A stretch of DNA of 60,293 nt, from contig SVRG01000003.1 in NCBI GenBank assembly GCA_015064965.1, forward strand, positions 1 to 60,293. The letters are read 5' to 3'. Positions 1 through 6,973 of this stretch are shown one piece after another (positions within the stretch are counted from its first letter, which is position 1; the number at the start of each line of letters is the position of its first letter). This DNA comes from Oscillospiraceae bacterium (GTDB lineage: Bacteria > Bacillota > Clostridia > Oscillospirales > CAG-272). The position numbers were made by a program, and so were the translations under genes. The notes beneath the pieces are model-generated. The model did no database searches. It was not told the origin of the DNA and was given only the letters and a program-made list of their open reading frames with translations.

Positions 1-2815
1 CCTGACGTGTGATAAACGCATCCGGAGTGAATTTTCCGTTTCCGGTGCCAACAATTACACCAACCGCGCACAAAGCACGCACTTTTTCATTTTCGGTATC
101 TGCAAACAAAATGTTGTCAACGTTTTTGTCCTTAATCGCCGCCTGAACTACCGGAAGCTCATAAACTATCTCGCAAAAATCCTCTCTGGAAATGTTCTTT
201 TTGTAACGGTTTTGATGTTCCTCTTTCAAAATGCCCTTATCTATTGCTTCAAGCACTCCTTCTGCCGCCCAAGCCGACGGTGTATCATAAAGGCATCTTA
301 CAATGCGGATGCCCGTTGCTCCCGCCTTGCCGAGATTTGTTCCCATCACGGCAATTCCGTTTTCAAAATCGCCGCCGCTGCACCATTCGCCATTACTCTC
401 AAGCACAATTTCGCCTTTTTCGTTGATGTATGATACATAGCCGTATCGGCTGTAAATGATATTCTCAACGACCGGTGCCATTCCCTCGCTGAAACTGCCC
501 TGAACATAGTATCCATGCGGAAGTACGATTTTCACTTTGCCGTTTTTATCAATGTAACCCTCAAAGCCGTCCTGGGAAATACCGATATAACCGTTGTCGC
601 CCATCTCAGTGATATGAGTGCAACCGGATACAAGCACGCGGCCCGAACCGTGAACAATCGAACCCAAACCGCCCTTGTAAACATAAAACAGGTCGCTTCC
701 GAGATATGTGATGTTTGACCTTGCGTATTCAATAAGAGTTTCACCTTTCAGATTGATTACTCCAAGTTCGTTTTGCTTCTCGCCGCCGCAGATAATATAC
801 TTGTTATCCGCAAAGTTCTGAATCAGCAACGTGCCGGTATCCAAAACGAAATTAAAATCTCTGTCAAGTACCTTTGAGCCGACTACATAATAGTTTTCGC
901 CGCCAATATAAATCTCCGGCTTCAAAGGAAGAGGCTCTTTGTTGCGCTCTTTTCCGTCTTTGTCCACTACATACCAGCCGCCATCACGCTTTGCGGCATA
1001 TTCATCGCCAAGGAACAACACAAGTTCATATCCCTTGTCGCCCTTGTCAATATGATACTCGCCGTTTGCGTTCTTGTAATAATATCCGCCGTGATCCGCA
1101 AAATAGATCTCGGATATTTCAAAGTCAAAAGTGATGGTATCTGCTTTAGCCGACTCTTTTGAAAAGCGCTTTACACTATCGCTATATATTACATACATAT
1201 AGTCTTTAGCTTCGCACACGCTCTTACACTCGGACGTTTTTACAGTGAAAATAACATTGCCGCCATTGTCGCAAAGTTCATATGAATCTCCTACAGCAAA
1301 CATGTTATAGCCGTAGATCTCAACTTTATTTTCGGTTTCTTTACCCTCTTTATTGAAGTAACGGTGTGTACCATCCTTAAGCAAGAACTCATAGCCTCCG
1401 CTGTGAACCGAAATTTTACTGAGTTTTCCGTAAAAGTCGATGTACTCATAGTCCCAAAGAGCTTCTTGTTTTTCGGGTGTATATTTTACAACACCGTAAG
1501 AAGTGCCGTCGGTTACTGTATAAAAGCCCTCTTTTTCGGGAGAATCGTATGTGCCATACGAAGTGGTTTTCTTGTCAGCAGGCGCAAAAACCACGTTGCC
1601 GCGTCCGTCTATAAACTTGCCGTCAACATATGCAATGCCCATTCTGAAGCCGGTGCTAAAGTTCTCCGGATTAAACAGAACATTGCCGTCATTGTCAATA
1701 ACTTCATGAGTCCATACATCATCAATGTAGCTTGATGCAAAAGCAAGTCCGCCTGAAAAATCAGATATCATGCGATACTTAAACTCAGTAATCTCATTTC
1801 CATGCAGGTCATAGTATCCGGCATGATCGTATGACTTTTTAGCAGGAATCATTCCTTCGTAAATTCCATGAATCGCAATATGCTCTATGGGTATAACAAC
1901 ATTTTGGTTATAGTCAATGAGTCCGTAAAGCGTGGGGTATTCCTCTGCATCGGCGCGGTTGTTATCAATACCTACCTGAACAAGTCCATAATTTGCGTAG
2001 ACTTGATTTATCTGATAATCGCAAAGTTCCAGCAAAACCGTCTTGCCGTCAGGCGCAACAATTCCCTGCTTGTCACCCTTTTGCACTTTAAAGCATTCAG
2101 TTGAACCGAAGTCATATATCGGGTCTATATAATCATACTCAAACGCTGTCATTACATTGCCGTCATAGTCGATTATTCCGTATTTGCCGTCTTTAATTGC
2201 AACTGTTGTATAGCTATCGTTTGTAAATCCGCAAATACTATCGTAAACCGGTTCGATAACAACTTCAAAGCTGTGATTTATGGCACCGTATTTGCCGTCT
2301 TTTTCAAAAATCAGTCTACCGCTTTCAAAGGACAAACCGTATCCCGCAGTGCGGCTTGGCAAATAGTCCTCATACGGGAGAGTTTTAACAACCTTACCGT
2401 CATATGTACACACAGCAAACTCGCCCTGGTAATAAAAGATCGGTCTGCCGTCATTGTTATTGCCAAGGTCCAAAAGAACATATGAAGAATCGTGAGAAAT
2501 ATAATTGCCGCCAAACTCCTCGATTTCCTTGCCGTTATAATTTATCAAAAAAACCTTATCACCGCGGCGTGCAATGCCAATTCCGTTTGTGTTAAGACTA
2601 AAAGAATCATAGTCGGCGCTCAACTTTTCCCCTTTGTGATTATACATTGCGGTATTGCCGTTTTTGTCCATGGCAATAATGCGCCATCCTGTACCAAGAA
2701 AAGTTGCAAACTCTATCTTCTGGTATTCAGTTGGCAAAATATACTCAAAAGTCGCTGCACCAGCAAAAAGCGTCAGCATAAGAATTGTCAAAACAAGTAC
2801 CGTAAGCTTTTTCAT
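1..2815 (-). CDS. Secreted WG-repeat (KWG-type) protein with C-terminal SLH-like repeats; the 3' end runs off the window
   Basis: Absent from the ORF track because no stop lies in the window. I translated the reverse strand manually from the ATG at 2815 (RBS GGAGGAAATCAT upstream). The product starts MKKLTVLVLTILMLTLFAGA (signal peptide). It has many DGKYG(A/I)I(D/N)..G..V.(E/P).(Y/F)D repeats typical of WG repeats. The C-terminus reads SAWAAEGVLEAIDKGIL...ISREDF and FADT...VGTGNGKFTPDAFITRQ, which is SLH-like. Confidence 0.8.
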   Translation of the reverse strand, partial: MKKLTVLVLTILMLTLFAGAATFEYILPTEYQKIEFATFLGTGWRIIAMDKNGNTAMYNHKGEKLSADYDSFSLNTNGIGIARRGDKVFLINYNGKEIEEFGGNYISHDSSYVLLDLGNNNDGRPIFYYQGEFAVCTYDGKVVKTLPYEDYLPSRTAGYGLSFESGRLIFEKDGKYGAINHSFEVVIEPVYDSICGFTNDSYTTVAIKDGKYGIIDYDGNVMTAFEYDYIDPIYDFGSTECFKVQKGDKQGIVAPDGKTVLLELCDYQINQVYANYGLVQVGIDNNRADAEEYPTLYGLIDYNQNVVIPIEHIAIHGIYEGMIPAKKSYDHAGYYDLHGNEITEFKYRMISDFSGGLAFASSYIDDVWTHEVIDNDGNVLFNPENFSTGFRMGIAYVDGKFIDGRGNVVFAPADKKTTSYGTYDSPEKEGFYTVTDGTSYGVVKYTPEKQEALWDYEYIDFYGKLSKISVHSGGYEFLLKDGTHRYFNKEGKETENKVEIYGYNMFAVGDSYELCDNGGNVIFTVKTSECKSVCEAKDYMYVIYSDSVKRFSKESAKADTITFDFEISEIYFADHGGYYYKNANGEYHIDKGDKGYELVLFLGDEYAAKRDGGWYVVDKDGKERNKEPLPLKPEIYIGGENYYVVGSKVLDRDFNFVLDTGTLLIQNFADNKYIICGGEKQNELGVINLKGETLIEYARSNITYLGSDLFYVYKGGLGSIVHGSGRVLVSGCTHITEMGDNGYIGISQDGFEGYIDKNGKVKIVLPHGYYVQGSFSEGMAPVVENIIYSRYGYVSYINEKGEIVLESNGEWCSGGDFENGIAVMGTNLGKAGATGIRIVRCLYDTPSAWAAEGVLEAIDKGILKEEHQNRYKKNISREDFCEIVYELPVVQAAIKDKNVDNILFADTENEKVRALCAVGVIVGTGNGKFTPDAFITRQ

Positions 2816-2960
2816 ATGATTTCCTCCTTTAATTCTTCTGATTTGATTTTACCATATTTGGAAAACCATTGCAACTGCATATTACCACATTTTGTTGTGA
2901 ATGTCAATACCACAAAATGCGGTACTTTATAATGTTTACATAACATTACAGGAGTACAGT

Positions 2961-3173
2961 ATGTATAAACGTATAAGAGATTTACGCGAAGACAACGATT
3001 TCACCCAAAGTCACATTGCCAAGGTTTTAAACTGCTCTCAACAAGCATACAGCAACTATGAACTCGGGCAGCGCGACATACCTACGGATATTCTGATCGA
3101 GCTGTCAAAATTCTACAATGTTTCCGTTGACTATATCCTCGGCATTACCGACAATCCCAAAATTACAAAATAA
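2961..3173 (+). CDS. XRE-family helix-turn-helix transcriptional regulator (70 aa)
   Basis: MYKRIRDLREDNDFTQSHIAKVLNCSQQAYSNYELGQRDIPTDILIELSKFYNVSVDYILG is a classic Cro/C1 HTH. The RBS AGGAG lies 6 nt upstream of the ATG at 2961. The track ORF start at 2901 has no RBS. Confidence 0.85.
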   Translation: MYKRIRDLREDNDFTQSHIAKVLNCSQQAYSNYELGQRDIPTDILIELSKFYNVSVDYILGITDNPKITK

Positions 3174-3198
3174 AAAAGCGGCAAATGCCGCTTTTTTT
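3174..3198. terminator. Bidirectional intrinsic terminator between convergent genes
   Basis: AAAAAGCGGC-AAAT-GCCGCTTTTTTT: a GC stem flanked by an A-tract and a T-tract. Confidence 0.8.
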
Positions 3199-3694
3199 AC
3201 AGTCTTGCAAGTCCTTCTGCAATTTTGCCGATTACAGCCGGGATGTCCCATCCCTCGCCGACAACGGTGATATCCGCATATTTTTCATAAAGCGGAACAC
3301 GCTCGTTGTAAAGATCAAGTACAGTCATGCCGTCCTTGATCGCCACACCGCGCGCGGCAAAATCTGCAAGTCTGCGCTCGATTTCTTTTTCGCTGACTTT
3401 AAGATATACAACCTTGCCGCCTTTTTTGAGGTGCTGCATCGCCTCGTCGGAGTAGATCGCACTTCCTCCGGTGGCAATAACCGTGTTTTCTGCATCTATA
3501 GAAAGGAGTGCTCTCTGCTCACAGTCGAGAAACGCATCGTTTCCATCGGTGTTAATTATGTCCTGTAGTTTTCTGCCCTCGCGTTCCTGAATAACTATAT
3601 CAGTATCGCAAAAATGCATTCCCATTACCTTTGCAAGTATAACACCGACTGTGCTTTTGCCACAGCCGGGCATACCGATGAGAATTATGTTCAT
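3197..3694 (-). CDS. aroK: Shikimate kinase family protein
   Basis: 165 aa with the P-loop GMPGCGKST, a DTD motif, ATGGS and the overall shikimate-kinase length and layout. Confidence 0.75.
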   Translation of the reverse strand: MNIILIGMPGCGKSTVGVILAKVMGMHFCDTDIVIQEREGRKLQDIINTDGNDAFLDCEQRALLSIDAENTVIATGGSAIYSDEAMQHLKKGGKVVYLKVSEKEIERRLADFAARGVAIKDGMTVLDLYNERVPLYEKYADITVVGEGWDIPAVIGKIAEGLARL

Positions 3695-4558
3695 TTAGTT
3701 TTGCCCTGCCTTTAAACGGAACTCTACCGGTGCTGTTCCGGTCTGCTTTTTGAATGTATTTGAAAAATGGTGGCTATCTGCAAAATGCAGCATCTCCGCA
3801 ATTGCTTTTATGCTCATATCCGTTTCGAGAAGCATATTCTTTGCGGTCTCGATCTTTTTTTGAATTATGTACTGCTTTGGAGAAATGCCAAACTCATTTT
3901 TAAAGCAGCTGATAATATAAGATTTGCTGAAAAAGAATTTATTGGCAATGTCATCAAGGCTGATATCCGCTTGAATATTTGCATCAATAAAGTCGCGGAT
4001 TTTATAGGAAGACGGCGCAAGCATATCGCACGAAGAATCGCTTGTGAGCTGATCGAGAAGTCGCACAATAAGTTTGAAAACACTGCGATAGATCTCCGCC
4101 TTGTTTTCACAAGTGATTCGCGAACACTCTTCAAAAATCGAGTCAAAAGTCTTGCGGCAATTCATCTGTTTTATCACGATACCGCTTTGGAGATTGTAAA
4201 GCTGCATCATCTCGTTCATAAGACGGCCGCCGACGTTGATCCAGATCTTCGAATAAGGGTTGTCCGGATTACAATAGTAACGGTGCAAATGACGGCTTGA
4301 AAGCATATAAAAATCGCCTGCTTTTACCTTGTAAACTTCATGGTCGCATTCAACATATCCTTCGCCGGAAATTACATATTCAAGCACGTAGATATGACGG
4401 TAAAAATACCGTCCGTAATTCTCACGGTCAATAAGATAACGCTTATCAGGGTATGTGATACCCATTTTTTCTATGCAAAAATTGCCCTCGTACTCCGAGT
4501 GCATATTTTCATACGCATATTTTTCCGTGCCAAAGCTGTAAATAATGCCGTCAGACAT
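3695..4558 (-). CDS. AraC-family transcriptional regulator (cupin sensor plus HTH)
   Basis: The C-terminal AraC HTH signature reads SLDDIANKFFFSKSYIISCFKNEFGISPKQY...SIKAIAEMLHFADSHHFSNTFKKQTGTAPVEF. The N-terminal part is cupin-like. Confidence 0.85.
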   Translation of the reverse strand: MSDGIIYSFGTEKYAYENMHSEYEGNFCIEKMGITYPDKRYLIDRENYGRYFYRHIYVLEYVISGEGYVECDHEVYKVKAGDFYMLSSRHLHRYYCNPDNPYSKIWINVGGRLMNEMMQLYNLQSGIVIKQMNCRKTFDSIFEECSRITCENKAEIYRSVFKLIVRLLDQLTSDSSCDMLAPSSYKIRDFIDANIQADISLDDIANKFFFSKSYIISCFKNEFGISPKQYIIQKKIETAKNMLLETDMSIKAIAEMLHFADSHHFSNTFKKQTGTAPVEFRLKAGQN

Positions 4559-4778
4559 ACATCGCCCTCCACATATAATGTGTACAAAATTTTTTGATTT
4601 TTTTGCAAGTCAAAACGTGAGATATAATAAAATTAAACCATGAAAGCCCCATGTTTCAACAAGATTATACAATTTCAATGTAAAAAAGTCAACAGAAAAA
4701 TATACAATATTTCATAAATAAGTGTAAAAAAATCGTCGAGCAACGTCGAACGGTTTTCAAAAGTTTTTTAAAAAAGTA

Positions 4779-4807
4779 TTGACAAGCAATGCAAAGTATG
4801 ATAATAT
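4779..4807 (+). promoter_or_regulatory. Sigma-70-type promoter for the tRNA pair
   Basis: TTGACA (4779-4784), 17-nt spacer, extended -10 TGaTAATAT (4799-4807), about 25 nt upstream of tRNA-Leu. Confidence 0.7.
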
Positions 4808-4832
4808 ATCTCTGTTGCCGAAAGGTAATCGT

Positions 4833-4919
4833 GCCGGAGTGGCGGAATAGGCAGACGCCCGGGACTTAAAATCCCGTGAGGTAACACTCGTACCGGTTCG
4901 ACCCCGGCCTCCGGCACCA
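4833..4919 (+). tRNA. tRNA-Leu (anticodon UAA), CCA encoded
   Basis: Acceptor GCCGGAG/CTCCGGC, anticodon loop CTTAAAA, long variable arm and encoded ACCA. The 49:65 pair of the T-stem is an A-C mismatch. Confidence 0.9.
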
Positions 4920-4928
4920 ATTTAATAT

Positions 4929-5006
<78 letters not shown>

Positions 5007-5010
5007 AAGT

Positions 5011-5040
5011 AAAAGCAGTACGCATGGCGTGCTGCTTTTT
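5011..5040 (+). terminator. Intrinsic terminator after tRNA-fMet
   Basis: AAAAGCAGTACGC-ATG-GCGTGCTGCTTTTT. Confidence 0.75.
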
Positions 5041-5065
5041 GCTTTGCGTTAGGGAGTGTATTATG

Positions 5066-5149
5066 ATTTGCAACCACCTGCATTGCGTAGCAAGGCATCA
5101 GGGCTCGCTTGCGAGACCTTGTGGTTGTCAAATCCCGCCCCCGCAACCA
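5066..5149 (+). repeat. Structured element copy A (candidate ncRNA or att-type site) with a tRNA-fMet 3'-end mimic
   Basis: P1 is ATTTGCAACCAC / GTGGTTG(T)CAAAT. P2 is TGCATTGC-GTA-GCAAGGCA. P3 is GGGCTCG-CTTG-CGAGACC. The tail is CCCGCCCCCGCAACCA. Confidence 0.6.
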
Positions 5150-5153
5150 AAGT

Positions 5154-5183
5154 AAAAGCAGTACGCATGGCGTGCTGCTTTTT
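5154..5183 (+). terminator. Duplicate of the tRNA terminator, inside repeat unit 2
   Basis: Identical to 5011-5040. Confidence 0.7.
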
Positions 5184-5208
5184 GCTTTGCGTTAGGGAGT
5201 GTATTATG

Positions 5209-5292
5209 ATTTGCAACCACCTGCATTGCGTAGCAAGGCATCAGGGCTCGCTTGCGAGACCTTGTGGTTGTCAAATCCCGCCCCCGCAACCA
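5209..5292 (+). repeat. Structured element copy B
   Basis: Identical to copy A. Confidence 0.6.
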
Positions 5293-5295
5293 AAA

Positions 5296-5345
5296 AAGAA
5301 ACCGCAGACGATACAAAAAGGTGCTGCGGTTTCGCTATTTTTGTC
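5296..5345 (+). terminator. Intrinsic terminator after element copy B
   Basis: GAAACCGCAG-(16-nt loop)-CTGCGGTTTC followed by GCTATTTTTG. Confidence 0.65.
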
Positions 5346-5390
5346 CTTAAATCATCATTTTCGATGATTTTAAGGGCATTTTTTATTTTT
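5345..5390 (+). terminator. Second hairpin plus T-run (tandem terminator)
   Basis: CCTTAAATCATC-ATTTTC-GATGATTTTAAGG followed by GCATTTTTTATTTTT. Confidence 0.5.
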
Positions 5391-5405
5391 ATGCCATTCC
5401 CTCGC

Positions 5406-5450
5406 ATCGCAAGTGCAACTACTGCAGGTGCAGGTATCGCAAGTGCAACT
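5406..5450 (+). repeat. Two 15-bp direct repeats, ATCGCAAGTGCAACT, 30 bp apart
   Basis: Exact copies at 5406-5420 and 5436-5450, with TGCAGGTGCAGG between them, about 40 bp upstream of the 5491 promoter. Confidence 0.8.
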
Positions 5451-5490
5451 CATACAATCGTTCAAGTATTAAATCGTTCAGGGATTGATA

Positions 5491-5519
5491 TTGAAAACAA
5501 AAATGCATTATGGTATAAT
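5491..5519 (+). promoter_or_regulatory. Promoter with an extended -10
   Basis: TTGAAA (5491-5496), 17-nt spacer, TGGTATAAT (5511-5519). Confidence 0.7.
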
Positions 5520-5552
5520 TAACTCATAATTTAAAATGAGGAGTTGTTGCAG

Positions 5553-6143
5553 ATGACGGCGCAAATAGGTGATAGATTCAAATTTGACAAATCAGAATTC
5601 ACAATGGTCGCTATCAGTGAGCCTTTAAGTTTCGACCCATCTAAATATGGCATTACGCCTGAATCCGTAAGCACCGCTTGTTGGCGGGGGTTTTGGTGTG
5701 TTTATAACATAACTGACAAAGGTATCTTTTTAGAAGATTTATATATCAATTCAAAAGATGATTACTACCCCGAAATAGAAGGCGTAAAACCTTTTTTTGA
5801 AGAAGACCGTAATAAAAGATTCGCTTACATGGGGCATCATCTTTACAAAGGTTTAAATATCAAATTAGATTATACAGGAAAGATTCTTGTAGGCGACGGA
5901 TTTATACATGAATACTATATTCATATGGGGTATCAAAGAGCCTGGGCATACAAAAAACTTGTTGAGTTAGTATTTGCAGACGGAAATCTTATAGAAAAAA
6001 ATGATCACAGCAAAGTCGCAGCCGACATAAGAAAAAAGATTAGAAACGACAAGGATTTTGACCAAAAACTTCATATGGATATTCCGAAATTTGTTGAAGA
6101 CAGTTTTTCTTTAGATTATAAAACCAAAGCCTGGTGGTTATAA
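5553..6143 (+). CDS. Hypothetical cytoplasmic protein (196 aa); possibly an immunity-type protein, judged from context only
   Basis: The RBS GAGGAG lies 9 nt upstream of the ATG at 5553. There is no signal peptide or TM segment and I recognise no motif. The gene sits in an AT-rich islet beside toxin/immunity genes. Confidence 0.6.
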   Translation: MTAQIGDRFKFDKSEFTMVAISEPLSFDPSKYGITPESVSTACWRGFWCVYNITDKGIFLEDLYINSKDDYYPEIEGVKPFFEEDRNKRFAYMGHHLYKGLNIKLDYTGKILVGDGFIHEYYIHMGYQRAWAYKKLVELVFADGNLIEKNDHSKVAADIRKKIRNDKDFDQKLHMDIPKFVEDSFSLDYKTKAWWL

Positions 6144-6156
6144 CATTTTTCCTCAC

Positions 6157-6195
6157 AACCGCTTATGCAAAAAAGCATAGGCGGTTTTTATATTT
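6157..6195 (+). terminator. Intrinsic terminator
   Basis: AACCGCTTATGC-AAAAAA-GCATAGGCGGTT followed by a T-rich run. Confidence 0.7.
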
Positions 6196-6252
6196 TACTG
6201 GATATTTACAAAAAGGTATGGTAATATCTCGTACTACAAGGAGGGCGTAATT

Positions 6253-6390
6253 ATGAAAAACACACTTGAAGATTTATGGTACGGGAATATCCGTCCTTTT
6301 GAGCAGGCTACCGAGGATAGCAAAGCCGTACAAGATTCCCTGTGCGCTATGGGCGACATTCGAAACCTGTTTTTTTCTATCTTTTTGTGA
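6253..6390 (+). pseudogene. Short ORF (45 aa), probably the N-terminal remnant of a mobile-element-associated small protein
   Basis: The strong RBS AAGGAGGG lies 7 nt upstream. The product MKNTLEDLWYGNIRPFEQ... resembles the N-termini of small proteins I recall from Firmicutes conjugative elements. It ends abruptly in a hydrophobic tail (NLFFSIFL). Confidence 0.35.
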
Positions 6391-6405
6391 GTGCAGACAC
6401 AGAAC

Positions 6406-6432
6406 AAAAAGCACCCATGGGGGTGCTTTTTT
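6406..6432 (+). terminator. Intrinsic terminator
   Basis: AAAAAGCACCC-ATGG-GGGTGCTTTTTT. Confidence 0.75.
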
Positions 6433-6457
6433 CGTCCTCTTTTGCTGTGTGGATAAT

Positions 6458-6534
6458 ATTTGCAACCACCTGCATTGCGTAGCAAGGCATCAGGGCTCGC
6501 CCCGCGAGACCTTGTGGTTGTCAAATCCCGCCCC
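6458..6534 (+). repeat. Structured element copy C (dispersed copy)
   Basis: Identical to copies A and B over 43 nt and 35 nt. The only internal change is the P3 loop (TT to CCC). Homology ends after CCCGCCCC, so the CGCAACCA tail is missing. Confidence 0.6.
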
Positions 6535-6544
6535 AAAGCGAAGC

Positions 6545-6586
6545 AAAGCCTTGTGAACACTGGATTCACAAGGCTTATTGTTTTTA
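6545..6586 (+). terminator. Intrinsic terminator after element copy C
   Basis: AGCCTTGTGAA-CACTGGA-TTCACAAGGCT followed by TATTGTTTTT. Confidence 0.7.
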
Positions 6587-6680
6587 AAAGCATTCATAAA
6601 CTTTCCGAATTTTCCCGGATTCTTTATTTTATAATATAATTGCCCCGTTACAAAAAATATTGTATAATAAAGGAGAAAGA

Positions 6681-6912
6681 ATGAAAACACAAAGGCAATT
6701 TGTCGGAGGTACTCCCTGGAAAAATGATTGGTGGAGGAATATATAAAAACGCAGAGCATAAACTGCCTGATGATGTAGGTCGCATATGGTATGAAGCGGA
6801 TATTAACTATGAGAGTGGATATCGCAACGATTCCAGAATCGTCTATTTAAACGATGATTTGATTTTTGCTACATATGACCATTTTAAGACTTTTTACGAA
6901 GTATTACAGTAA
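6681..6912 (+). pseudogene. Barnase/RNase Sa-type guanyl-specific ribonuclease, interrupted by a 1-nt frameshift
   Basis: The RBS AAAGGAGA precedes the ATG at 6681. That frame gives MKTQRQFVGGTPWKND and stops at 6744. The next frame continues GGGIYKNAEHKLPDDVGRIWYEADINYESGYRNDSRIVYLNDDLIFATYDHFKTFYEVLQ. Joined, they give the RNase Sa-like GG.P.....G..(F/Y).N.E..LP ... Y.E.D ... R.....RIV ... DH(F/Y).TF pattern. Confidence 0.75.
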
Positions 6913-6973
6913 AGGAGCACATTATGTACGAATACAGAAACCCTTATACACAATGTACGAATAGGTGATACAA

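Larger units (their letters stand above)
5007..5292 (+). repeat. Perfect tandem duplication, 2 x 143 bp (5007-5149 and 5150-5292)
   Basis: The two units are identical base for base on reading. Each holds the tRNA's downstream terminator, a spacer, a 68-nt palindrome-closed element and a copy of the last 21 nt of tRNA-fMet including CCA. Confidence 0.95.

Noticed and set aside
5066-5149. Possible hammerhead ribozyme on the minus strand: a three-way junction containing CTGATG.
   Set aside because: The obligatory CUGAUGA/GAAA core is incomplete (CTGATGC, with no GAAA at the junction), and the stem arrangement does not place a cleavage site.
5063-5155. A 30-aa Cys-rich ORF (MICNHLHCVARHQGSLARPCGCQIPPPQPK) with an AGGGAG RBS, lying inside repeat copy A and repeated in copy B.
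   Set aside because: Copy C lacks the ATG, and its 1-nt loop indel shifts the frame. Copy B reads through to a different C-terminus. The peptide is therefore not conserved although the nucleotide sequence is. The region is better explained as RNA or DNA structure.
5007-5292. Tandem repeats near a tRNA considered as a CRISPR array.
   Set aside because: The unit is 143 bp with no unique spacers. The two units are identical in full, and no cas genes are present.
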